64,000 bases of DNA, taken from an uncultured Candidatus Saccharibacteria bacterium. GTDB taxonomy: Bacteria; Patescibacteriota; SICC01. The position numbers were made by a program, and so were the translations under genes. The stretch spans positions 1,362-65,361 of the forward strand of contig CAZGHP010000002.1 of assembly GCA_964525455.1 (NCBI GenBank), read 5' to 3'. This document shows positions 8,121 through 16,884 of the stretch, piece after piece. The notes under the pieces are model-generated. The model was not told where the DNA came from and did no database searches. It was given only the letters and a program-made list of their open reading frames with translations. Numbering within the stretch: the first letter of the stretch is position 1; each line of letters opens with the position of its first letter.

Positions 8121-9305
8121 TTACTCCGGGGGCGGGGGTGCTCCACTTGCGGCGGGCGGGGGCGGGGGTGGTGCTCCCTGTGCCGGTGGCGGAGCGGGGG
8201 TCGTGCTGGGCGGCTCGACACCAGGCGTAGGCCCTGGTGCGGGAGTCGGTGGAGCCGTCGGCCCCGTTACCGTTCCGCCGCCGCTGTCGTTCTGCGGGGG
8301 CGGATCTCCCTGCCTGATCTCGCCACCCGTACCGGGAGGCGTCCTCACCGGGGTATCGGGGTCGATGATCGGCCGACGCCTCGGCGTTCCGGGCGTACCC
8401 GGGATGCGCCGATGCTCGTCACCGTACTGGTCACCCTCTTGCGGAGGACGACCGCCACCGAGCTCGTCACCGCCTGGCTGTGGCGGATGGCGACCCTCGG
8501 GCTCAGGCCCTGGGCCTGGTCCGGGGCCGGGACCACCCGGGGGCGGACCGCCCTGGGGACTTGGCACCGAATGACCGTTACCGCAGTCGCCGCGAACGCT
8601 TCCGTTGTCGTCGACCTTGGACTCGGTCCTGCCGCCAGACGACTTCTCCTCCGCCACGAAGACGAAGAGGATGTCGCCGGCCTGAACGTCACGCCCGCCG
8701 GTGACCAGACTCATCTGGCCGTCGACGAACTGGGTGGTCTGCGAGTAGCTGATCGGCTTCGTGAACTGCACGCGGACGTGTCCGCGGCCGCTCAGGAACC
8801 GATCGTAGTTCGCCGGTGACAATAGCCGGCGAGCACGCTCCCGCGTCTGCTTGGCCCGCTCCGAGTCGGAGTTGACCCACTGGACCAGATCCTCGTTCGT
8901 CAGCAGGGCTTGCTCCGCTACGGCGGTTGCCCCCCGATCGACCGTGTGCTTGACACAGATGTCGAAGCAGTAGGAATTCGGGCCGAACCCCTTGGCGTCC
9001 AGGTATGTCCTGACAGCCTTGCGGTTCTCGCGGGTGTCCGCCTGCTCGGCCAAGTCGGAGTCGAGCACCGGACTATCGGTATCGAGCTCCTCCTGGTCCT
9101 GGGCCGCAGCCGGCGCGGTGAGGTCGGAACCGTCGCCGCTGAATACGCCGAACGCGAGTGCGAAGACGATTCCAGCGACGGCGAGGATTGTTACCGGGAT
9201 GAATGCCCGGCGTGTCTTCATCCAGGAGAACCGGTGAGGGTTCCCTGGGGTACCTCCGTTACCCGTCGACTGACGTCGCGGGGTGCTTCGGCGGGGATCC
9301 GCCAT
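8121..9305 (-). CDS. Membrane-anchored hypothetical protein with Pro/Gly-rich low-complexity C-terminus
   Basis: ATG at 9305 with GGAGGT 7 nt upstream. TM helix VTILAVAGIVFALAFGVF. C-terminal (GP)n and PPPPPP tracts. Confidence 0.6.
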   Translation of the reverse strand: MADPRRSTPRRQSTGNGGTPGNPHRFSWMKTRRAFIPVTILAVAGIVFALAFGVFSGDGSDLTAPAAAQDQEELDTDSPVLDSDLAEQADTRENRKAVRTYLDAKGFGPNSYCFDICVKHTVDRGATAVAEQALLTNEDLVQWVNSDSERAKQTRERARRLLSPANYDRFLSGRGHVRVQFTKPISYSQTTQFVDGQMSLVTGGRDVQAGDILFVFVAEEKSSGGRTESKVDDNGSVRGDCGNGHSVPSPQGGPPPGGPGPGPGPGPEPEGRHPPQPGGDELGGGRPPQEGDQYGDEHRRIPGTPGTPRRRPIIDPDTPVRTPPGTGGEIRQGDPPPQNDSGGGTVTGPTAPPTPAPGPTPGVEPPSTTPAPPPAQGAPPPPPPAASGAPPPPE

Positions 9306-9527
9306 GGTAAACCTCCGGGTCGGGAGATGGACAGTACGTGGAATGGATTGGATTGACTGGGACGATCGTTGAGGGGGTGCCGCAAGGCATCCGTCCGGGT
9401 GCGCTGCGATACCCCCTCAGCGGGTTCCGGCAAATAAAAAACCAACCGCGGAAGCGCTCGAAAGACACTTCGTTTTGGTTGGTTTGTATGCGTGTTGGAA
9501 CCTCGCCCTGTCAAAGGAAAGGCAATG

Positions 9528-9554
9528 ATGGTTGATTGACCGGGTTGTTAATCT
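9528..9554. promoter_or_regulatory. Shared upstream motif, copy 2 (GGTTGATTGACCGGGTTGTTAA)
   Basis: About 225-250 nt upstream of the Pro-rich membrane protein gene. Contains TTGAC. A TTGACA hexamer follows on the coding strand. Confidence 0.3.
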
Positions 9555-9701
9555 GCGGTTCCGACTCACAAAAGTCGAAAGCCGGTCAGCATAGCGGATA
9601 TATTCCGCTTTGTCAAGGGGTTTTTCGATAACTTCGTAAAGTCGCCGAACCACCCCTTTGCCGACCGAGAATCCATCATACCAACCTGCCGCCCAGGCAC
9701 A

Positions 9702-9733
9702 AGGACACCCGCCCCAAACGGGGCGGGTGTCCT
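9702..9733 (-). terminator. GC-rich hairpin downstream of rplL (putative terminator/attenuator, no U-tract)
   Basis: Perfect 14-bp stem AGGACACCCGCCCC/GGGGCGGGTGTCCT with AAAC loop, about 20 nt after the rplL stop. Confidence 0.45.
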
Positions 9734-9752
9734 GACGGTCCTTGTGGATCCG

Positions 9753-10304
9753 TTACTTGAGTTCGACGGTCGCGCCGGCAGCCTCGAGCTTCTGCTTGGC
9801 CTCTTCGGCCTCTTCCTTCGGCACGTTCTGCTTCACGTCCTTCGGAGCGCTTTCGACCAGGTCCTTTGCTTCCTTGAGACCCAGCTCGGTCACCTCGCGG
9901 ACGGCCTTGATCGCGTCGATCTTCTTGTCGCCGGCCGCGGCCAGGTGCACGGTGTAGGACGACTTCTCTTCCTCACCGCCGTCACCATCACCGCCGGCTG
10001 CCGGTGCGGCGCCGGCCACGGCCACCGGGGCGGCCGATACGCCAAACTTGTCTTCGATCGCGGAGACAAGGTCCGCCACTTCGAGCACGGTCATCTTCTC
10101 GACTTGCTCGACGATCTGGGTGACTTCCTTGGAGTATTCCTTGGATGGCTTGGTGTCCTCCTTGGATTCCTCCGCGGCCGGTGCGGCTTTCTCTTCCGGC
10201 TTACCGCCGCCTGTGGGCTTGTCGTCCTTCTTCTCCTCCGCAGGCTGATCCTGCTTGTCGCCGGCCGCTGCGGCCTGCTGTTCGTCCTTGGCTTCGTCCG
10301 CCAT
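9753..10304 (-). CDS. rplL: 50S ribosomal protein L7/L12 with ~55-aa Lys/Glu-rich N-terminal extension
   Basis: [23 protein letters not shown] plus the ...[12 protein letters not shown]...GATVELK CTD. ATG at 10304 with GGAGG 7 nt upstream. Confidence 0.9.
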   Translation of the reverse strand: MADEAKDEQQAAAAGDKQDQPAEEKKDDKPTGGGKPEEKAAPAAEESKEDTKPSKEYSKEVTQIVEQVEKMTVLEVADLVSAIEDKFGVSAAPVAVAGAAPAAGGDGDGGEEEKSSYTVHLAAAGDKKIDAIKAVREVTELGLKEAKDLVESAPKDVKQNVPKEEAEEAKQKLEAAGATVELK

Positions 10305-10387
10305 ATGAACCTCCTCGGTTAGTACTTAGTTATGTTACGAGCTAGTGCTCTCCGCGTGCCGCGATATGCTCGCGACGCCCGGAGAGC

Positions 10388-10903
10388 CTAGGCCTTCTGC
10401 TCTTTGACGGCGCTCAGCGCGTACACCAGGTCGCGCGGCACGGCCGACAGGCCGCTGGCCAGGTTCCGGACCGGCGCGCTGATGCTGCCCACCAGTCGGC
10501 CGAGCAGTTCGTCGCGGCCCGGTAGTGAAGCCAGCTTCGAGATTACCGTGACTTCGACCTGTTCGCCGTCCACGATTCCGCCGGTCACTTCCAGCGCCTC
10601 GTGTTCCTTGGCGAATCGCGAAACCGCCTTGGAGACCGCGACCGGATCCTCGAACCCAAATGCTACCCCGACCGGTCCGGTCAGCTCGGCGACGTTCAGG
10701 CCGGCGTCCTTGGCGGCGCGCTGGAAAAGCGTGTTCTTGACCACCTCGAACCGCATGCCGGCTTCGCGAAGCTTCGCCTGCAGTTCCTGCTGGGCGCGCA
10801 CGCCGAGGCCTTTGTAGTCGGTGAATACCACGGCAGCGGCATCCTGCAGCGCCTTGGTGAGCGCTTGGACGACGGCTTCCTTCTGTTCGCGTGTCTTGGG
10901 CAT
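10388..10903 (-). CDS. rplJ: 50S ribosomal protein L10
   Basis: L10 family similarity throughout. ATG (MPKTREQK) at 10903 is preferred over the TTG at 10927 reported by the ORF track. Confidence 0.85.
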   Translation of the reverse strand: MPKTREQKEAVVQALTKALQDAAAVVFTDYKGLGVRAQQELQAKLREAGMRFEVVKNTLFQRAAKDAGLNVAELTGPVGVAFGFEDPVAVSKAVSRFAKEHEALEVTGGIVDGEQVEVTVISKLASLPGRDELLGRLVGSISAPVRNLASGLSAVPRDLVYALSAVKEQKA

Positions 10904-11056
10904 GAAAAAACCTTTGGTTGTCGCCAAAGGTCAGGAAATCATCGATGCGAAAAACAGGTTTTCGCGTCTCCTGCGCGGCGGTTATGCTCCGGTCTGGCCG
11001 AGGCAGCCACGGTCTTTGGCGACAGGATTTAGTTTACGTTTCCGAGCGGGCTACCG
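10904..11056 (-). promoter_or_regulatory. Putative structured rplJ leader (L10-L12 autoregulatory type)
   Basis: 150-nt untranslated gap inside an otherwise overlapping operon. 11-nt long-range complement between CTTTGGCGACA near 11013 and TGTCGCCAAAG near 10913. Confidence 0.3.
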
Positions 11057-11548
11057 TCAACTCGAACGCTCATAATCCACGTACCGATATGCGGGGTCCT
11101 CGTCGGCGTGCGATTCGGAGCGGGTTTCGCGGAAGCGGTCTCCGATCTCCGGAAAGAACGTGTCGGCCTCATGCGTGCCCGCCACATGCGTCAAGCGAAG
11201 CTCGTCGGCGAGCGGCAGTGCCAGCCGGAATATCTCTTCTCCACCGATCACGTACGCTTCGCTATCGTGCTCCGCCGCGACGGCGAGGGCCGCATCCAGC
11301 GAAGCGACGACGATACACCCATCGGCCGCATAGTCTGGCTTCCGCGTCAGTATGATGTTCGTCCGCCCCGGAAGGGGCTTACCCATGGATTCGAACGTCT
11401 TCCGCCCCATAATCATCGGATGGCCGAGCGTGATCTCCTTGAACCGTTTCCAGTCGGCGGGAATACGCCACGGGATGTCGCCGTCTTTCCCGATACCGCG
11501 TTCCTCGTCCAGGGCGGCGATCAGGATGACGCGCGACCGCTCGATCAG
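11057..11548 (-). CDS. folA: Dihydrofolate reductase (start codon non-canonical/uncertain)
   Basis: [23 protein letters not shown] core. Conserved N-terminus [39 protein letters not shown] is encoded in-frame upstream of the first ATG. No ATG/GTG/TTG follows the upstream in-frame stop. GGAGGA lies next to ATT/CTG/ATC at the thyA stop. Confidence 0.75.
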   Translation of the reverse strand: MIERSRVILIAALDEERGIGKDGDIPWRIPADWKRFKEITLGHPMIMGRKTFESMGKPLPGRTNIILTRKPDYAADGCIVVASLDAALAVAAEHDSEAYVIGGEEIFRLALPLADELRLTHVAGTHEADTFFPEIGDRFRETRSESHADEDPAYRYVDYERSS

Positions 11549-12495
11549 AATCCTCCGGCGACGGTCACCTTGCCCTTGATCGGAGGATGCGGATCGTAGT
11601 TCCCGACGGTGAAGTCATCGTAGGTGAAACCGTCGATCGAAGTGATCTCGGGATTGAGACGCATCGTCGGGAATGGCCGCGGCTGCCGGGTGAGCTGTTC
11701 CCGTACCTGGTCGAAGTGGTTGCTGTAGATGTGCGCATCCCCAAACGTGTGTACGAAGTCTCCCGGCTCCAGGTCAGTCACATGCGCGACCATCTGGAGC
11801 AGCAGCGCATAGCTCGCGATGTTGAACGGGACGCCGAGAAACAGGTCGGCGCTCCGCTGATAAAGCTGAAGCGACAACCGTCCATTCGTCACATTGAAGT
11901 GGAACAGGGTGTGGCACGGCGGCAGCGCCATGGCCTGCTCGGGCGACGCGGCCATCTCGTAGATGTATTCGGGATTCCAGGCCGACACCACTAAGTGCTT
12001 GCGATGCGGAGTCGTGCGGAGCTTGTCGATGATCCAGCCAAGCTGATCGACCGTACGGCCGTCGGTCGTGGGCCAGCTCCGCCACTGCACGCCGTAGACG
12101 TTGCCGAGATGTCCCCACGCCCGGGCGAATTCCTCATCCCGCTCGATCTTCGCGATAAATTCATCCTGTTCGAGCGGCGGGACCATGCCGTTCTCCATGG
12201 CTTTCGCATATTTCCGGTACGGCCACTCATCCCAGATGTGGATCCCGTTATCCACCAGATACTTGATGTTGGAATCGCCCTTCAAGAACCAGAGTAGCTC
12301 GTGCGTGATTCCCCGCATGAATACTTTCTTCGTCGTCAGTAACGGGAATCCCTGGGAAAGGTCGAAGCGGATTTGCCTTCCGAAGACGCTTTTGATGGTG
12401 GTTTCGGCGTTATGCACCGGCTTTTCGGCCCCATGCTGCATCACGTCCTGGAGCAGGCCGAGGTATTGGTATTCCGGGTGCGTGTCGGTTTGCAT
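11545..12495 (-). CDS. thyA: Thymidylate synthase
   Basis: Motifs PLLTTKK, WNPEY and DxHIY present. Stop TGA (11545-11547) overlaps the folA upstream region. Confidence 0.9.
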   Translation of the reverse strand: MQTDTHPEYQYLGLLQDVMQHGAEKPVHNAETTIKSVFGRQIRFDLSQGFPLLTTKKVFMRGITHELLWFLKGDSNIKYLVDNGIHIWDEWPYRKYAKAMENGMVPPLEQDEFIAKIERDEEFARAWGHLGNVYGVQWRSWPTTDGRTVDQLGWIIDKLRTTPHRKHLVVSAWNPEYIYEMAASPEQAMALPPCHTLFHFNVTNGRLSLQLYQRSADLFLGVPFNIASYALLLQMVAHVTDLEPGDFVHTFGDAHIYSNHFDQVREQLTRQPRPFPTMRLNPEITSIDGFTYDDFTVGNYDPHPPIKGKVTVAGGF

Positions 12496-12497
12496 CG

Positions 12498-13187
12498 TCA
12501 GGTTACGGTGAACGTCTTCTCAGTCCGATAATACTCGGGCCAGTGCTCGTTATAAAACGCGAACATCCGGCCGAGCCGTTCCTGAGAGAGTTCCTCGAAT
12601 CCCAACGCCGCCAACTCCTCGAGGATTCCCGTGCGGGCCTTCGCGGCGCCGTCTTCCGAATCCACGACCTTCTCGATTTCCGCCAGGTAGCCGTAACCGG
12701 CGTTCCGGTCGATGCATACGGTGTAATCCTTGTAGCGATATTCCGTCCGGTCGCGCGACCACTTGGAGAGGAAGTCGAAACCGGCCTTCCGGATCGCGGA
12801 GTCAAGTGCGTCGATGCCGGTCGCGGTAGTGCGATACTCGCCTTCCCGGCGCGCGATCGCATGCTGGTCGTCCTCGGATCCCTTGGCCGCCTTGACGACC
12901 AGCAGCACGGCATCGTCCTGCTGCCGGGTCCGGAGTGAGAACGTCGGCGCGGCGGTCACGATCTCACGCAGCGACGCAAGGTCGTCATCGTTCAGCAAGC
13001 CGCGGACCGCATCCACGAGCTGCGCAGCGTCGCCCGCGTCGTCGAAATAATGATTGAGCTGGCTGGCCTGTACGGTTCGTTTCAAGCCGGGGTCATGTTC
13101 CCCTAAGCGTGCTATAAACCGGTCCACGTTCTCCCGGCTGCCCAGCAGCGTCTTCACCTCCACCTCGAACCGCTTGGCGACCGTCAT
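12498..13187 (-). CDS. CYTH-domain protein (triphosphate tunnel metalloenzyme / class IV adenylyl cyclase-like)
   Basis: N-terminal FEVEVK (ExExK) signature. Start overlaps the dcd stop. Confidence 0.45.
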   Translation of the reverse strand: MTVAKRFEVEVKTLLGSRENVDRFIARLGEHDPGLKRTVQASQLNHYFDDAGDAAQLVDAVRGLLNDDDLASLREIVTAAPTFSLRTRQQDDAVLLVVKAAKGSEDDQHAIARREGEYRTTATGIDALDSAIRKAGFDFLSKWSRDRTEYRYKDYTVCIDRNAGYGYLAEIEKVVDSEDGAAKARTGILEELAALGFEELSQERLGRMFAFYNEHWPEYYRTEKTFTVT

Positions 13188-13876
13188 GGGCGTACCCGCT
13201 TACGGCCGCCGGCCACCTTCGCAAGTCCGCGCTTGGCGGTCTTCGGGGTGACGTTCTTGTCCCTGGCCTCCTCGAATATCCGACTCGCGCCCGGCTCCGT
13301 GGTGTGGGCGTACTTGTTGGTCTTCTTCTTCGCGTAGGGCACGTCCGCCGGCGTAGACAGTTGTTCGAATGCCAACTGACAGAACCGCATTTCCGAATGC
13401 AACAGCACCGGCACCATGCCGATATTCGTGATTTCCAGCGTGATATGCCCGGTCCAACCGGCATCGATATGGCCGGCCGTCGAGTGGATCACGATGCCGA
13501 GCCGTCCCAGCGACGACTTCCCCTCGATCCGCGCGGCGATGTCGTCGGGGAGCGTGACGGATTCGTGCGTAAGCCCGAGCACGAACTCGCCGGGATGGAG
13601 CACGAATGCACGCGGACCCTTGGGCGTGTTCGGCAGCAACGGCTGCACCGCCGGGCCGGATTCGGCAACATCTACCAGGTCGGTCAGCTGCTCGAAGGTC
13701 TCTTTGTCCTGCGGGTCGATGTACGGCGTGGCCGTGGATTTGAAGACCCGGAACTTCGAGGAGAGCCGCAGGTCGAGGCTGCAGGATCCCAGCGCCGCGT
13801 CCAGGTCCGGCGCGGGAGTCACCTTGATCGTTCCGTCCGCGAGCCGTTCCTTGATGTCGCGGTCGGAGAGAATCAC
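13184..13876 (-). CDS. dcd: dCTP deaminase with Lys-rich C-terminal tail
   Basis: Starts MILSDRDIKERLADGTIKV. Dcd/dUTPase fold motifs. GTG start overlaps the rplA TGA stop (GTGA). Confidence 0.8.
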   Translation of the reverse strand: MILSDRDIKERLADGTIKVTPAPDLDAALGSCSLDLRLSSKFRVFKSTATPYIDPQDKETFEQLTDLVDVAESGPAVQPLLPNTPKGPRAFVLHPGEFVLGLTHESVTLPDDIAARIEGKSSLGRLGIVIHSTAGHIDAGWTGHITLEITNIGMVPVLLHSEMRFCQLAFEQLSTPADVPYAKKKTNKYAHTTEPGASRIFEEARDKNVTPKTAKRGLAKVAGGRKRVRP

Positions 13877-14784
13877 GTGGCCTCCGCGGCGATCGTGTCG
13901 GGATTCACCCGAACGCCCGGCCCCATGGTCGAGGCCAACGTGACGCTCCGGATGAAAGTCCCCTTGGCGTCGTCTGGCTTGGCAGCCTGCACCGCTCCCA
14001 CGTACGTCGCGACGTTCTTGGTGAGATCATCGGCCTTGAACGAGGCCTTGCCGACGCCGGCGTGGATGGTGGCGTCCTTGGCCACGCGGAATTCGATGCT
14101 GCCTGCCTTCACCTTCTTGATCGCGTCCTCGAATTTCTCCGAGACGGTGCCACTCTTCGGGTTCGGCATCAGGCCTTTCGGGCCGAGGACCTTCCCCAGC
14201 TTGCCGACCTCGACCATCTGGTCGGGCGTGGCGACCGCCACGTCGAAACCCGTCCAGCCGTCCTTGAGTTTCTTGAGCGTGGCGTCATCGGACACGAAGT
14301 CGGCACCGGCCTGGGTAGCCGCGGCGGCCTTGCCGGACGGTACGAACGCCATCACCTTCACATCCCTGCCGGTCCCGGCCGGGAGCTGCACGGTGCCGCG
14401 CACGCTCTGTTCGGCCAGGCGCGGGTCGATACCGAGACGGATGTGCACCTCGACGGTACCGTCGAACGTGGAAGTGCTGGTCTTCTGCACCAACTCCACC
14501 GCTTCGGCGAGCGGGTAGCGCTTGCCGGCCTCCACTTGCCCGGCGGCTTCACGGTAGCGTTTGCCCCGCGAACGGTCGCCCGGATGCCGGGAAGGTGTCT
14601 TCGCAGGTTTCGCCGAAGCGACCTTCGTCACGGGCTTCTTCGCCGCCGGTTTCTTTACGGCCGGTTTCTTCGCGGCCGGTTTCTTTACGGCTGGTTTCTT
14701 CGCGGCCGTTCCGGCCGCCTCGGTCGCCTGAGTTGTGGTCTTCTGCTCTGCCATGGTGGATTGCGGTACCAACGCCCCCGTCAC
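13873..14784 (-). CDS. rplA: 50S ribosomal protein L1 with N-terminal AKKPA-repeat (histone H1-like) extension
   Basis: L1 core present (KRYPLAEAVELV...GKLGKVLGPKGLMPNPKSGTV). N-terminus carries KKPAVKKPAAKKPAVKKPAAKKP. GTG start at 14784 with GGGAG upstream. Confidence 0.9.
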   Translation of the reverse strand: MTGALVPQSTMAEQKTTTQATEAAGTAAKKPAVKKPAAKKPAVKKPAAKKPVTKVASAKPAKTPSRHPGDRSRGKRYREAAGQVEAGKRYPLAEAVELVQKTSTSTFDGTVEVHIRLGIDPRLAEQSVRGTVQLPAGTGRDVKVMAFVPSGKAAAATQAGADFVSDDATLKKLKDGWTGFDVAVATPDQMVEVGKLGKVLGPKGLMPNPKSGTVSEKFEDAIKKVKAGSIEFRVAKDATIHAGVGKASFKADDLTKNVATYVGAVQAAKPDDAKGTFIRSVTLASTMGPGVRVNPDTIAAEAT

Positions 14785-14854
14785 GAATGGGGCTCCCGCG
14801 GTTACCTACTCAGTGTACCCGATACACAGATCCGAGTTTTCCCCAACCCTGCCG

Positions 14855-15259
14855 CTAGCGGGCGGCAAGCCGCTCGACGATCGGCACGTCCGCCGGGGCG
14901 AACTCAAAGTCGTGAAGCAGCCGTTCCAGCCCGACCACTCGTGCATCCTGCACGTCGCGGAGCTCGAACTTATCGGAATCGCCTTCACACTCCCAGCAAT
15001 CGAGGCGGATACGGACCGTTCCTTCGGCGGTCTCGTAATCATGGACGTTCTCCGCGTACGGCCCAATGACCCGGACCTCCAAGCCCAACTCTTCGCCGAT
15101 CTCACGGATGATCGCATCTTCCGGTTTTTCACCAAACCGTACCTTCCCGCCGGGAAACTCCCAGAGATCCGGTGCGAGCGGACTGTCCGATTTACGCTGG
15201 GCAATCAGGACCTTGTCGCCGTATCGGATGATCGCGGCAACGACATGCAGTTCTTTCAT
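14855..15259 (-). CDS. NUDIX hydrolase (MutT-like)
   Basis: Nudix box GGKVRFGEKPEDAIIREIGEELGL. 134 aa. Confidence 0.8.
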   Translation of the reverse strand: MKELHVVAAIIRYGDKVLIAQRKSDSPLAPDLWEFPGGKVRFGEKPEDAIIREIGEELGLEVRVIGPYAENVHDYETAEGTVRIRLDCWECEGDSDKFELRDVQDARVVGLERLLHDFEFAPADVPIVERLAAR

Positions 15260-15262
15260 GGC

Positions 15263-15688
15263 TTACTTCTCGACGGTCACGCCCATCGAGCGGGCGGTGC
15301 CGGCGATGATCTTCTTGGCAGCTTCGATATCGTTGGCCGAAAGGTCTTCCATCTTCTGCTTGGCGATCTCCTCGAGCTGCGCTTCCTTGATCTTCGCGAC
15401 CTTGGTCTTGAGTGCGTTGTCGCTGCCCTTCTGCAGGCCGATCGCCTTCTTGATCAGGATCGCCGCGGGCGGCGTCTTGGTGATGAAGGTAAACGTCCGG
15501 TCCTCGTAAATAGTCAGCTCGACCGGCACGATCGTGTCGCCCATCTGCTTGGTCTGTTCGTTGAACGCCTTGCAGAAATCCATGATCTGGATGCCATGGG
15601 GACCCAGGGCGGTACCGACCGGCGGGGCGGGATTCGCCTTCCCGGCCGGGACTTGGAGCTTCACGAGGGTCATTACTTTCTTGGCCAT
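15263..15688 (-). CDS. rplK: 50S ribosomal protein L11
   Basis: Starts [36 protein letters not shown] overlaps the stop of the upstream ORF (TAATG). Confidence 0.9.
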   Translation of the reverse strand: MAKKVMTLVKLQVPAGKANPAPPVGTALGPHGIQIMDFCKAFNEQTKQMGDTIVPVELTIYEDRTFTFITKTPPAAILIKKAIGLQKGSDNALKTKVAKIKEAQLEEIAKQKMEDLSANDIEAAKKIIAGTARSMGVTVEK

Positions 15689-15969
15689 TACAGGGTTCCT
15701 TCCTCCCGAACGGGGTCATTGTCCGCGCGGTCATCGTGCCGAACGGCACGGAACTCTTGCAGTTCGTCGTCCCACCGCACGGTGCCTTCCAAGTTACCGC
15801 TCAAGGCGTCCCCGAGCGAGCCCGCGCGGCGCAGGGTTTCCTGCACGTCAGGATCACGGAGACGCTCGTCGAACTCCCTCCGGTCCAACGTCGGCGCCGG
15901 CCGTTGTTGATCCCGAAGGAAATCCTCGGCCCAGGAGGGTCCGTCTATCGACCGGTAGGACCCGGTCAT
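15688..15969 (-). CDS. Small acidic hypothetical protein (93 aa) inserted between nusG and rplK
   Basis: ATGA overlap with the nusG stop and TAATG overlap with the rplK start. Strong third-position GC bias. No recognisable domain. Confidence 0.5.
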   Translation of the reverse strand: MTGSYRSIDGPSWAEDFLRDQQRPAPTLDRREFDERLRDPDVQETLRRAGSLGDALSGNLEGTVRWDDELQEFRAVRHDDRADNDPVREEGTL

Positions 15970-16508
15970 ATCTTCCTCACTTGCAGGAAGTCGAGCTCGA
16001 CCGGCGTCTCGCGGCCGAACATGTTCACCAGCACCTTGATCTTGCCCTTCTGCTTGTCGACCTCGTCTACCTGGCCGTCGAAGTCCTTGAACGGCCCGTC
16101 GATGATGTTCACGGTCTCGCCTTTCTCCAGGTCGACCTCGTACGTCGGCTCCTCGACGCCCATGCGCTGCTTGATCGTCTTGATCTCGTCATCGCCCATC
16201 GGGGTTGGCGTGGTGCCGGAGCCGATGAATCCGGTCACGTTCGGGGTGTTCCGTACCACGAACCAAGAATCTTCCGTCACGAGCATGTCCACGAGCACGT
16301 AGCCCGGGAAGATCTTCTTGTCGACGGTCTTGCGTTTGCCGTGCTTGATCTCGATCTGCTTCTCCGTCGGCACGATCACCTCGAAGATCTTGTCGGCCAT
16401 GTCCATGGACTCGATCCGCTGGCGGATGTTCTCCGCCACCCGGTCCTCGTAACCGGAGTAGGTGTGGATCGCGTACCAAGCGCGTTCGGTGGTGGGTTGT
16501 CGTGGCAT
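15966..16508 (-). CDS. nusG: Transcription termination/antitermination factor NusG
   Basis: NGN domain (AWYAIHTYSGYEDRV) and KOW motif (GETVNIIDGPFKDFDGQV). Start moved to the ATG at 16508 so it does not overlap secE. Confidence 0.85.
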   Translation of the reverse strand: MPRQPTTERAWYAIHTYSGYEDRVAENIRQRIESMDMADKIFEVIVPTEKQIEIKHGKRKTVDKKIFPGYVLVDMLVTEDSWFVVRNTPNVTGFIGSGTTPTPMGDDEIKTIKQRMGVEEPTYEVDLEKGETVNIIDGPFKDFDGQVDEVDKQKGKIKVLVNMFGRETPVELDFLQVRKI

Positions 16509-16530
16509 GTCAGGTAATGAGTGAGCGTTA

Positions 16531-16839
16531 TCAGGTCGATTGGGGGACGGGTATGGCGCCGGCCGGTACCTCGACCGGTGCGCCGCCTGGGGCGCCCGGG
16601 ACCTGGACGGGCGGCGCGGCACCGGGTTGTCCCTGTCCGGCACCGGTCGCGTCGAGTACCGCTTGGAGCCCCTGGTCGAACCCATAGTCCACGACGCCGA
16701 TGAAGGCCCCGAAGAGAATCGTCATGATCACGACGATCACGGTGAGCCGGAGGGTCCGGCGGCGCGTGGGCCACACGACTTTCGCGAGCTCCCCGCGCGC
16801 TTCCTTAAGAAAGGAAATTACTTTCCGCACGGGATTCAC
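16531..16839 (-). CDS. secE: Preprotein translocase subunit SecE (Pro-rich C-terminal tail)
   Basis: ELAKVVWP motif followed by a TM helix. Sits in the conserved position upstream of nusG. Confidence 0.75.
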   Translation of the reverse strand: MNPVRKVISFLKEARGELAKVVWPTRRRTLRLTVIVVIMTILFGAFIGVVDYGFDQGLQAVLDATGAGQGQPGAAPPVQVPGAPGGAPVEVPAGAIPVPQST

Positions 16840-16884
16840 TATAGCCTACCGATATGGCGCTCGCCAAGCGGCGCGGCAGCCGGT

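Noticed and set aside
8083-8704. Gly-rich ORF 8083-8574 + and others opposite the Pro-rich membrane protein gene
   Set aside because: Antisense of a Pro-rich gene necessarily reads Gly-rich. No start context and no TM.
14062-15910. Long plus-strand ORFs (14062-15069, 14735-15910) across rplA/NUDIX/rplK
   Set aside because: Conflict with three strongly conserved minus-strand genes.
16509-16685. 59-codon N-terminal extension of nusG proposed by the ORF track
   Set aside because: It would overlap secE by 155 nt. The NusG NGN domain begins right after the internal ATG at 16508.
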